Assembly: GCA_028534125.1 (NCBI GenBank)
Contig: CM052818.1
Coordinates: 46,998,001-47,062,000 of the forward strand
Length of the DNA: 64,000 nucleotides
Direction of reading: 5' to 3'
Source: Lama glama
Taxonomy: Eukaryota
A model generated the notes under the pieces. That model did not search any database. It was not told where the DNA came from and was given only the letters and a program-made list of their open reading frames with translations. The stretch's first letter is position 1; each line of letters begins with the position of its first letter. Position numbers and translations under genes: made by a program. Shown in pieces: positions 50,061-62,500 of this stretch.

Positions 50061-53000
50061 CAGTCCAGCTCATCTCTTTCTTCCACCCATCCGCCTTCCT
50101 CCTCCCCTGCTGGCCCCTACTTCCCAACTGAATTGTCCTCAAACACTGTCTTACTGACACCGCACCAGCACGAGGGGGTCTGCTCAGCGAACACCTTCTG
50201 ATTCCACTCAGTCAGTGGTCTTCAGTACCTTTCTCAAAGTCACAGGAAAAGTAGGATGGGACATGGAGTATCTGTCCTGCTGCTCGTCCTGGAGGCTCTT
50301 CTTAACCCCAGCCTCCTCTAGTGAAATGATAAACATTATTTTAAGCAGCCTCTGCCAAATCCTACAGTTCTTGGGAAAGGAATCTGAGATAAAATGGCAG
50401 CTTCACATACTCGGGAGAAGTCAACATTCTCGGTCTCTTCAAGGAAAGATAGTCACACGGGCCTGAGACCTCAGCCCTCGGGCTGTGTGATCTTGGATTG
50501 GTCCCTCACCCTCGGGGGGCCGGTTTCCTGGGCTGTAACATTAAGCATAGTATTCCCCAGCAGATCCTTGCTGTGCAAAGTCACGGAGGAAATGTGTGTT
50601 AATATGCATATAAGGGACTGCAGAATTGCAAGTTTACGTTTGGAAAACAAAAGCCAGTAATAAGGACTTCCGATTACTTTGTTACTGGAGGATATCAGTT
50701 GCCTCCATCACATCCTTCTAGAAGAAAGAGAAAGGAGGGTGCCTATGGGCCACCAAGTCAGTCCAGTGAGTGGCTGAATTCTATTACCGTGCTTAGCTGA
50801 CGAGTTGATCAACCCCTGGTGATGTGCAGGTGCCTCTGACAGTCTGTCAGGAACCAGGCAGCAGTGGAAGCGTCTCTGGCCAGGTGCAGGCCCTCGTGGA
50901 GAGGATGCTGTGTGGTCCCCGTGGGGCAGTCCACCATGGGGGCGACGCTGATCCTGACCCCATGTCCCCCTTGATCATTGCGACCACAGCTTCTCTGTCT
51001 GGCAGTCAAGCACACTAGGCTTTCAGAAGAAGGATGATCTATTATTCATATGCAGGCATTTGGCACACAATTGAAAAGCAGGGATGAATGTCAAATACCA
51101 GGCAAGAAGGCTTTAGGAAGGACATTAATAAGAGGGTCCCTGCCTATACCTCCCATCACCCTGCCTTCCAGATGGAGGGACCTCAATAAACACGTAACCA
51201 TTGAATGAGTGGGTTTAGAACTGAGGGAGTGGAGTGTGGGCAGGCGTGATCAGCAGAGGCTTCTTGGAGGAGCCCGAGCTGCACTGGCGCCCAGAGCTGG
51301 AGAGAGTCTGGGTGCGGGCGTGAGAAGGCATGGCATTGCTGGTTAGCGCTGCGGACTAGCGAGGTCTGGGGAGATGGACGAAAGGTGGGTCCCACGTGCA
51401 TTTCACGCCCCTGGAGCATTTCCCAGGCCGCAGCGAGCTGGGCAGGTCTCTGTGAAGGTAAGGAAGGAGCGTTTGCTCACAGGGGACTGTTCTGTTAAAA
51501 GTGCGCTTACTAGACTGGAGCCAAGAAAGGTCAGAGGAACCTGACGAAGGTTCCCAGCCTCCGTTGTTTTCTGCCACGCGTGGAGTTCCCAGAACACAGA
51601 GCTGGAGGACAGTCCAGCATTGCCCAGGTGTTGCTCTTGGTTTTTTCTTACAGATTCTGCAGCCCACTTGGCGCTAGAGCTCCCGAGGGCTCCCCCTGCT
51701 CTCTGCTGTGGTTTTTCAAACAGATGCGCTTTGTTGTTTTCACCTCTGGGCCACAGCCACCAGCCAAGGTCCCAGGGTCTACTGTGCCCCTCCGTGGAGG
51801 GCTGTGTCTGTGCCCGGATGATTCTGCCTGATGAGCTTGCTCTCAGTTTACAAAAGGCCTTTGTTGAGTGCTGGCAGGTCATTTAACTTCTTTGTCTTCA
51901 GTTTTTCACCATCAACAAAACCAAGAGGATCATACCTGCCTCCCAGGATTGGCATGGGGTCAGCGTGATCATCGAGGTAAAAATGCTGACAGCCTTGTCA
52001 GGAAGAACAACTTCACAGGCAACCAAAGGATCCCATCCTTTGAAGATGTTTTCCTGGTTTATCTTTTAAGTGCTCTTTGAAATGACTCTGAAGGAGCCCT
52101 TCCAAGGGCAACTCCAAGTGGCTTGGGATGAACCTTTGAGAGGGGATTCCCTCAGGTCTCTGTGTGTGGCTGAAGGTTTGAAGGCAGTCGAAGTATAAAG
52201 GGACCTTGTGAGAAAAAGATGTTGCAGAGATGAGCAGGGTACAGAGGAGAAGGAAGAGGAGAGAAACGTGTCTGGGCTGGCTGAGTCTCTGGCATCCTCT
52301 CCTTGATCCAGGAGAGCCCGCAGAGCTGGCTATCACAGTTTCAAAAATTTAACAAATATGTTTGGATGCCTGACAGTTACAGTAAAGGCACTTGGGAAGT
52401 GCTCTCAAATGTCTGAAATTATTTTTATTGTCATTACATTTTGATCCCTTCAACAGTCCTTCGGAGGGTGTTTCCTGGATTAAATAATTTACACCTTAAA
52501 ACAAACCTGGGCAGCAGACATGATAACAAACCCTTATTTTCAGATTTGAAAAGTGAGATTAAGAAATGACAGGCTGCAGCCACAGGTCACACAATTAGCA
52601 AAGGGCAGCTGGCTTGGATTTGCCTTCCAGGGAAGGATCTGCGGGGTGGCACCCTCCCCGCCCCCGCCCCGGGGCCTTCTCCTGGCAGGTCCCACCAGGA
52701 GCCGCAGGGGAGGGACACGCAGCTCCTCGCTGTTCCTGCTGCCTAATTAGATTCTGGAGGAAGAGGCTGCAGCAGGACTGAAAAGTCTAGAAGCTGCTGC
52801 CTCCCCTGCCAGCACCGCCTGGCAACCTGAGAGCAGCTTGGCCTTCGTCTTCCTTTCACGGGGCTCCTTGGAGCAGCGCTCAGCACTGGGCTCTTTTCTG
52901 GGCACACAGGCAGGCGAGGACCGGACCCGGGGAGGCGCCTGCATCCCTGGATGTGAGCAGCAGCGCGGGCTGCCCGGAGCTGACAGCGCAGAGAACGCTC

Positions 53001-53389
53001 AACCTTCAGACACTCCCCGAGTGGCATTCCTCTGCATCCGATGCCCTAAAATCCCTTTAGAGAAGCAAGTCCTGAACATAATACAACTGCACTCCGGAAC
53101 GTCCTGGAAGTTGCCCCAATCCAGCAGAGAATAACTGTACCATTGCGGCTGCATTTCAGCTGCTGCTGAGGCTGTCCCCTGTGCTGGTCAGGTAGTCTTT
53201 TCCTCCAGTGCTTACAAAAAATGTGGACAATCCTAAGAGCACTGCCTATCCGGACTGCTTTAAGCCCGGCAAATGGAGTGATAAAATCCTGAGTGTGCAT
53301 AAAGTTCAATTTTGTCCTTTGCTGCCTTCCCACAATCAAATTAAACTTGAAAGGGGTTTTTCTCACTGCGGGGAGGAAAAAAAAATCAT

Positions 53390-53520
53390 CTCACTGGCAA
53401 ATTAACAGATAAGAGTTTGCTCGGCTGACTCAGTGCCAAGCAGAGGTAAACACTCAATCTCTTTATCACAGAAAAGTCATTTTTTCTTAAACCAGGGAAA
53501 CAAATGTAGGTCAGAACACA
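53390..53520. promoter_or_regulatory. Enhancer-like transcription-factor motif cluster
   Basis: AGATAAG (53407), TGACTCA (53426), TGCCAA (53434), GTAAACA (53446), TTATC (53463), AATGTAGGTCA (53503) within ~110 bp with no recognised repeat. Confidence 0.5.
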
Positions 53521-56500
53521 GGAACCGTTTCTCCCTCTCGAGGTCTTTTCGAGTTTGAAATCTAGAACTAAAATGGAAACTGGCACTTGTTTGTAAATGA
53601 CAACCCTGTTCCCCTTCCGATTACACCGCATTTGTTAAATTTTTCTTATGAGAACTTATAAAGTTGCCTGAGGAATAAAAGTTATGCTCGTGATAACAGT
53701 GTGGAACCACGAGGCTCTTCCTTGGCAGCGTATTCAAGCAGGATAATTGTTGCTTAGATAACAGTCCAGTCTCTTTAGGGCCTCTGTTTGGGTTTAACAC
53801 CAGAGCCGGCAAATTAATACAGTCACGATAGAGCCAAAAGCTGTATCAGTTACCAGTTCATTACTGTTCAAATCAAAAGTCACACTTTTCCAGATCTCCC
53901 CAAGGTTACGAACTAGACAGGGAAGTTTATCATTCTGCAAAATAATCTCTCCTGGTTCTCCCTCCACTGTGCTAAGAGAAACAGCCAATCGTGTCACATC
54001 AGTCTTCACACTAACAGGTCCTGCGCTGACAAGCCTGGGAGGCGCCGTCCTTCCGCGCCCGCCCAGCGCCCCCCTCTGACTCCGCCCCTTGCACCAGGAG
54101 GCAGAGCCGAATCCCGGATTTCTTGCCCGTCCCCAGATCTCACTCAGCTTCACTGTTAGCCAAAATACTGAACTATCTGCTAAATGTTCAGGTTGTGACT
54201 TCTCAAAAGGGGAGGAAATCTTGCAACTGTGAGTTCTGCGGAGGGAGCTGCTCTGGGGAGCAGGTGCAGGTCCAAACAATGCTGACCCAGCCCCCTGTGC
54301 ACGTGGGTTTGGAGCATCTGTGGAGAGAGGGAGATTACAAAGCTGTAAGGTGGTAAATTCCAGTGGTTTTTTCTTTTTTTTTTTACAGATTAGTACATTT
54401 TCAACTAAGCTTCCCACATTATGTGACCAACTTCACTCTTATTAACATTTAGCTCTTAATAGTTTTGATTAACCAACGTTTTAGCTGAACAAATAATGTT
54501 GCAAACTTCAGGTCAAAGCCTGAAATTTTCTCCCTCTAGAATTATGAACTGGGAGACAGACTTCTTGACTTCAAAGTGGATTCTGCTCAGAATCCCTGAG
54601 CAGCAACCCCTCTGTTATTTTTTTGGTTTTCTTTCTTCTTGCTGGCATTTGCCGCCTCTATTTGTACCTGATGCCTGTAAGAAGTTTCGAGAAACATGAA
54701 TGTGGAAGGACAGAGTCAAATCATAAGCAACCACATGCTTCAGATGGAGTTTTTTTTTTTTTTCCCTAGAATTTTTAACAGCCCGAGAAACAATATGGTC
54801 ATTTCACTCCTACCACCCAGTAAGGGGCAGCCCTGGAAGGTTCCAGAGAAGGAACCACTGGCTCAACATGTAGGAGCCCTTGCTGGTGTGTGTTCTGGGG
54901 ACAGAATCTTCACACCTTTCTGAAGCCAGCGCAGAGTTTTCTTAGCTGTGAACACACGATGCTCAGATGCTTCATTTGATCAGGACTCCTCGTTCTGGGA
55001 CACCACCTACATTCCAGCATATGATTTACGGGACTGAATCATCAGTGTGCTCCCAGACCTCCGTCTCAATGTTGCCTCCGTTTTAGAACCCATGTTCCTT
55101 ATTGAGACGATTCATGATTTCCTCCTTTGTTTTATAGGAAACCTTTTTGTACCAAACACTGTTCGTTAGATGAATTCCTTTTTCTGGAAAGGCAATGAGA
55201 AGGAAAACCCTTTCTGTGAAAGCTATTCCAGGGAATGACGTGCTGTTGGGGACCGTGAGCATGCCATCCCATAGGGACACGCTGTAATGACTTACATCAG
55301 TCTACTCTGAATCATTTTCAAATTTATCCAAATGGCAAAAAAATTCTTTTTAAGATGAAACAAGATTCAACTCAGCAACCCAAGTTGGCGCCGACGGGCT
55401 AAGTCTCCATTTGATAGTTTCTGTAAATGGAAGTATTTATAACTTCTCTTAGCTTACTGCCCCGAGTTACAAGAAATGAAATTCCACTTGGGTTTCTCAG
55501 CGCTGTGGTCTCTCATTTTCAGTTTAGAATGGCTGTCGGGCTGCGTGGGGATAATGACTTTGCTGAGGAGTTGACTCTGATGCATGCTTCCCCTGCCCAC
55601 ATCAACGCTGGGGCACTGGAGCGCAGCCAAACCCATCTCTCTGCTGTGGGTTTTGTACGGAGAAGACTGCCTTGCAGAGCCCTGCTCTGATGGGCGCTCT
55701 TATTTTTATTTACATGTGGAACGAGCATCAACTGAAATGAAGGTCCGGCGAGATGCAGATGGTATTGGTAAAAATGCAGCTCTGGACTAAGTGCGTTTTA
55801 AAATTCAGTTGGATGTTTTCTTTATGAACTGGCCTGGAACGCACTTGATTGCACCCCTCGTTTTCTAAGTGTTGGCTCTTATTGTAGTGGATTTGGAAGC
55901 AGGGGCACCACCCTGGATGGGAGAGGAGTGCATTTTGTGGCATTTTGTGCATGTGGAAGGGACACCCCCAAAATTGGCAAGAATGGCACGGGCCTTTCTT
56001 CTTTGGCGCTGCCACCCTTGCAGACTTGGGTCAGACAAACTGATATTGCCTTCTCCTCCCCTCCCTTGTTGACAAAGGGGAGAGGGGCACAGCCGATGGT
56101 TTTATGAAAATGGAGCCAATAAAGAAAACACTCACCAGCTTTGTTAGCCTGGACTTCATTTCTTCAACCATTAAACAGGGATAATGTAATAATTGGACCT
56201 CACTGGGTTGTGGTAAGGCTGGCTGATAGATGTCAAGAGTTTGGAACAGCGCCGGCACATGGTTAACATGAGGATGTGCTAACGCCATGCTGCGATGACT
56301 GCTGATCGTCACGGTTATTGATCAGACCTAGACCACTTTCTGGCGGCTAGAGGTACTCTCAATGGGAGCTGCAGGAATCCGTGACTCCAAGTGCATCTCG
56401 ACTCAGACGGCTTTTGCTCCTGCCTTCCTGGCTCCGTGAGCGGGGCCACTCAAACTCTGTCCACCTCAGGTTCTTCACCCATAAACGGAGATGGGGTTGT

Positions 56501-59254
56501 TGGGTCTTTGGCTGACGGAGCAAGCAATGTGTCAGCGTGGCCTGGCTCTGCTCGCTCTGGACGCGACTCTGGTCACATGGGGACCACTTGTCATTCCCTC
56601 TCGTTCTGTAGCTCTTACGGAGATTCCCTCTGGAGGTCACTTGTTTGTGGCAAATACTTCACCTGCCTCAATTCATGCCAGTTTCTGACCTAAATCTACA
56701 CATTGATATTTATCTGAGGTTTCATGAATCAGAGTGAAGCTAAGATTGGATGAAAAGTTTTCCATATCCATTAGATATTACCTATAAGGATGATCGATCT
56801 TCCGCTAATGGCCAAGCTCATCTTTCTGAGTTTAAGAGTGACAGCTGCCATCTTTGGTTTGTCATCATGACTGGTTATCCCTCCAAGTTTAACACAGTGA
56901 TGTGCTTTTTTTTTTTATTTTCCTTTAAAGACGCCTAGGAGTTCAGAGTTGGGACTTACAGAAGAAAAGCAGAAGAGACAGAATCACCGTGGCAAGGGTA
57001 GCCTTGGGTGCAGTGGAACCGTACTGGCCACCTACTCGAGAGAGTGGTGTGTGAGCCATGCCCCTTGGGGTCTGTTGACGGCCCTGATTAGAGAGACGGG
57101 ACATTACAACTCTTGGAGTCATTCACGTGCCTCCTTCCAGCCCTTCTCTAACGGCGGGAGCCTTAGCGGAGACCTGGCGGGGGCACAGTGGGTGTTTCCG
57201 ACTGTTCGCTTATCTCGTAATCCAATCAGCGTTTAGCTTTAGGGATTCATTTCAGAAGACGTAGCATGACTTCCCGGAGAAATACAAGTCCCTGTCATAA
57301 TAAGCGTGGCATCTCTTGCTTCTCTCTCCTTGTCCGTCTCCTTTCTCAAAAAACAGGTGCGTTGAAGCTTTGGAATCTCTGCCCAGGATGGCAAATGGAC
57401 CAGATTCTATTCCTGGCTCTGCCGCCCTCCGACTGCAGCTCGGCTGTTCCCTTGACCTTTCTTCCCTTCCCTTCCCTTAAGGAAGGCGCCTGCTGTGTGC
57501 AGACCCTGCGGGGGCGTTGGGAGGGTTTTAGGAGTGAATACAACCATCCCGGGTTATAATATGATGCTGCCAACCTTCTTTGGGGCCCTGGGATGAAAGA
57601 TGCTGCGGGAAAGAGCATTGTTATTACGTTTTGTTAAAAATATGGATCAAAGGCTGGCTATACAGTAAGTGCTAAATGTTAATTATTGTTATAATATCAT
57701 AACAAAGCAGATGCCAGGATACCAGAGCCCATGAGAAACCTATTATAATAAGCCAGTGTGAAGTGTACACATTACAAAGATATTTGGCAAGGAGGCAGAT
57801 TTGGTTTTCAAATCTCAAGGAACAATAAGGCAGAATAAAAAAAATAACTTAACGCTATGAAAAATATAAGTGTCTTGACAACTCTTTAACATAAAAATAA
57901 AAAGCTGCCTTTTCCCCATGGAAAAGAGGGAGCATTATTGCTTCCACCCCTTCCCACCAGGAGAAGATATATTTGTGGCATCACTGGATCTAGAAGAAAA
58001 AAGCAATATTTTTCCTTACAATGACCCCTGAAATAACTCTCTTTATGATGAAGATGAATTGGGAGAAAATTTTCTAAGTTTATAATAGAGCAAGGAGTAC
58101 ATCTAATTTTTTTTTAACTGCAGATGAGTTTTATGTTCTGCAGCCTGTTTCTCTTTCCTCCTCCAAATTACACGTTCTATCTGACAGCGTTAGCAAATGG
58201 ACTTCTGCACTGGTTCAAAAACGCCATCGCCTTCTCTTAGCTCCAGCTTTCCCCTTATTTTCAGATCTAGAAAGCAGAAAACATCACATCCGCTCAGCTG
58301 GGCGAAGGAGGAGGGGAGGGAGGAAAGACACAGAAAGATGGACTTGGAAGGAGAGGCCTGTCCAGAAAAACCCAGGGTCAAGGGAAAATAACTTCGATGT
58401 CCTTGTGCTTTTCAGGAATGGAGTGTGAGCAACCACACCGAGCACAACTCAACCTTTTCTCTAAAACGTTGTGCGAGATGAATAACGAACTCTCCAGAAC
58501 TGGGAGAGCACACATTTCTGCGGTGTCAACCACCCGGTTTATAGTGCTTTGTTAGTGCAGCCCCAGGACATAACTGCAGCGGGATCAAAGAGTTTGGGCT
58601 CCTCACGCATTAATCTGTGTCTAGACCACCTGGCCGGCATCTGATTAGAATTAAGTCTGGGTTCAGGAGGTCTGGTGCGGGGTCCAGGTGATGCCTGGCT
58701 GCTGGTCTGATACCACACTTTGAGGAATAAGGTCACAGACCTGTGGTTTGAAAACCAAGGGTCACATTGGAGTCTTATGGTGAGGTTTTAAGAAGTCCTG
58801 AGGCAAGACCCCACCAAAGATCAGTGAGACACAGGCGTCCCCCGGAGGCCCATGAGGTGCTCGAGTCCAGCAAAGACCAACACCATGAAGTAGGCTGGGG
58901 GCTGAACCCTGCTCTCTTCCTTTCCAGCCCTCCTGGGGGATCCAGTGTGCAGCGCTGAGGATCACTTGAGCTAAGGAATCACTGAGGGATGCCGACCGGC
59001 AGGAGAGACAGGCACCAAGCCCTGTTCTAGGCGTCGCCTGGGGCCGGGCGAACGACAGCCAATGGCAGACGGTGGCCCTTTTCAGCCTTCCTGTTTCGTC
59101 TCTGAGGAAAGCCATAAACTAACGTCATAAACAAAGATGTGCTTTAAGGAAGTCCACTGGGACCACTACAGCCAGGGGAGGAAGTGACGAAGGGAAAACA
59201 GAAACAGCCCCGCCCCTGGGGAGGCACAGAAGCCCGCAGCCCGAGACCCAGGAG

Positions 59255-59520
59255 GGCAAGACGTGGGAGCCCTGTGCAGCGTCGGTGGGAAAGCAAATTG
59301 GTGCAGCTGCTGCGGAAGACAGTGTGGAGGCCCCTCAGATAATTAACAGTAGAACTCCCGTGTGGCCCAGCAATCCCACTTCTGGGTAAACATCCAAAAG
59401 GAATGAAAACGGGATCTCAAAGAGACAGCTGTACCCCAGGTTCACTGCAGCGTTAGTCACAGCAGCCAAGGTGTGGACGCCACCTCGGTGTCCATCAACA
59501 GACGAGTGGCTAGAGAAGGG
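59255..59520 (+). mobile_element. L1 ORF2 C-terminal fragment, GC-shifted, no 3' tail
   Basis: Collinear with 14111-14368 (AAATTGGTGCAGC, CCAGCAATCCCACT.CTGGG, GCCAAGG..TGGA, GTGTCC). Confidence 0.85.
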
Positions 59521-62500
59521 ACGGCCACCCCACCCCTCAGTCACTGGTCAGAGGGACCAAGTATGTGGCAAAGAAACTGAGGGAAACAGGCTTGGCTCCG
59601 AGGAAGCGGCGAAGAAGCTTATCTCAGAGACAGAGGCGAGAAGGACTCTTTGCAGTAGAGTTGTGGGGCCCCGTTGTCAGACGGGCAGAGGTGGTCCCCA
59701 GTTGATGGGCAAAAGCCGGTCCCTGTGGCTTTCAATAGCTTTTAGGATTTTTTCCAAATAAAAAATGTTCTGAGCGAAAACAACCCACAGCCTTTTCTGA
59801 GCGCAGCGTCACCTCTCGTCACCCGGAGCGCGCGGGAGGCCGGAGATTGTGACAAAGAGCAAGCGCCTTAGCGGGGTTCTTGAGAGACTGGGACGCCAAC
59901 TGGCGGGTGTAGGGCTCAAGGGGTAGGTTCTTCTGCAACACAACACTCCGGAGCAGCGTCGCGGGAATCTCGTAACCATGACTTTCACGTTCGTATTCAA
60001 CGATGTCAAAGCATCGGATGCCTCTGCGTTGTTTATTCATTTGCTTTCCTGGTGCATTTATCGGTCTTCCCCATTGAACTCTCAGCCTCATGAGACCCCT
60101 AGGGACCACCATATGGGCTGCCAGCCTTGGGGAGCCCCGTGTTGGAATGGGAACGGGGCTGAGTCTCTGGCAGGGGACCAGTGGGCCGAGGAAACATGCT
60201 TGCAGTGCTGAGTAAATGTTCTTGGTCCTGCCCAGTTCGTAGCTTTCCTGCGCGTCGATATCCTTTTCATGTAGGGAATCCAAAATTTCACCTTCGGATG
60301 AGTTAACTTTTGGATGCCGGGTCGACTATTTCAGCAGCAAAGGAACTTCCACCGCACAGTTTAGTTTTCTAAACACAAGGAGTGACCCTTCTTTTCTTTA
60401 CAACTGCAACTCGCAGAAGTCCATCACAGAGCCGTTCTCAGGACATTTGTTTGTAAAAGAAAACTGTTTGTAAAATAAGCATTTTCCTTGATCACAACAA
60501 CTTCACGGTGGGCGAAAGCGGGGACTCGCTTTGGGGTGGGTCTGGGAGTGTTTATTCGTTTTATTTAAGCAGCAGTTAGTGGGCGAAGGCTTTGATGTCT
60601 CTGGCAAAACCCAGCGGAGAGTTTTCTGAAGGATGTGAGCCTTTAACAGGATGCAGAGCTGAGCTTAGCAGGGAAGCCACTCCATCCTTCCCAGAGAGTT
60701 CTGTTTTGTCAGAAGGCAGCTCACGACAGGAACATTTGACATCACCTCTCAGCTTGGTTTGGCCAGCGACCCAGCACCATTCTGGCCAGAAGGACGGGTG
60801 GCCAGCAGCGACGTGCCCTCCGGCACATCGCCCGCGACCTGTGGGCGAGTCACACTGCTGGGTACGCCAGGACCCAGCCCGCTGGAAGCCAGGACCTGAA
60901 CTTCACGAGGGCAGCGCATCCCGCAAAAGCCAGTCCAAACTCTACACACGGACGCACTCCAGGGCACGTTAATTAGGACGCCGAGGTTGGGTTTGATTAA
61001 TGGCCTTTGGCAACAGTCCACTCAGGGCTGCGGCGCCTGTACCAGGACCTGACAGGCAAGTGAGGCTCCAGATTTGCTGTTTCCCCCAAAACCACTCCAG
61101 AGAAGCCGGCAGTGAGGCGACAAGCTCTCAGACGCTCACCGATGGCTTCAAAGAAGGAAAATGTTTCAGCTTTCCGTTTCTAAAACAGACACACTCTTGG
61201 CCAATGAGTCTCTTTTGCTTAGAGAAAATGTGATTGATAAATGTGGAAGCTAAGTGCAGAAACTCTGGAGAGAGAGAAATAATGATTGGGACAGATCTGT
61301 TTTTACAGCTCGAGAAAATGTACCGGAAAATTCCGAGTAACCGAAACAAACTTCGGTGACGCCAGGAACTTCCAAACTAAACATACGTACTAATCCAATC
61401 CTCTGCTGGGTAATTCTTCATGGGCTGATTGGAGTGTAGACATCCAATAAAACCTAGTCTCTGTCATGTAAGTAAGTGAGAGCTTTTATGGGCGACAATA
61501 AAATGAAATTTATCTGAGCATCAGGTAATAGCAGCATGGAAGTTTTTTTGTTTTTTTTCCCCAGTCCTAGGAAAGCTGTCCCAACGAACCATTCCAGTAA
61601 ATGCTGAATGAGAGCGAAGTAACAGACAGCCTCTGCCTCAGTGCCTCCGTCCTATGCCGGGGACGTAGACTGGATTCAAAGATGAAATATGCCTTTTATT
61701 CTATGAGTGTCTACCATCTGTGCTGTGTTCTGGAGGGAGGGAGGGAAGACAGGCGGGGTGCGGGGAAGTGGTAAAAGGTCTCTGTGTGGACAAAGATTGG
61801 GCAGGTGCGTGTAGGCAACATTTACATGAGGATGGAGACCCAGCTCCCATGTGGAGGAGTGCGGAGAGCTGAGGACTGGGGATGCAGGAGGGACGGAGGG
61901 AAGCTCACAGGGCAGGGAAGACCTGAGGCCCCTGTCTTCCAGAGCCCCGTGGTTTCCTCGGGGGACACCCCTGTGGGTCACTTCCTCCCCCTGCGTCAGC
62001 ACCCTCAGTGCCTCCTTCCGCCTGACCCCCTCCCGGCTCTCCTGGCCTGACAGCAGCAGATGGGGCGATCCTTCCCCTCCAGCCCCTCCTTGCTCCTTCT
62101 CTCCCCAGGGAAGAGGCAGCACATGCCAGCCATTTCTATGACTTCTTTCTATTTGAAGAGCCTCCATCTTCCCCACACTGTGTGATGCTGACTTGCTGGC
62201 CTCTGTCTTGCTTCTCCCTTGAACTGGCTACAGCCAAGGGGGAGATGTTGGACCTACGGAGAAGCTGGGGTAGCACGGAGGAGGCCCACCCATCAGAAGA
62301 GGCAGCAGGCAGCTCTGAGCTTCAGGCCCCAGTGTCCTGGAGCATCCCAGGGTGGGGGGCCCTGACTGCTGCCTCCTCTCATGTTCTCAGGGACAGAAGG
62401 ACGCAGAGACCTTCAGCCTTCAGTCTTGCTATTTGCTTTCCTGTTAATGCTCCTGGGCAGGAAGTCAGGATGCGGTGACCCCGAAGTCGCATGCTCACCT

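Noticed and set aside
53794..54417. 207-aa minus-strand ORF
   Set aside because: Non-ATG start, poly-Lys from a T-run, no recognisable domain or exon boundaries
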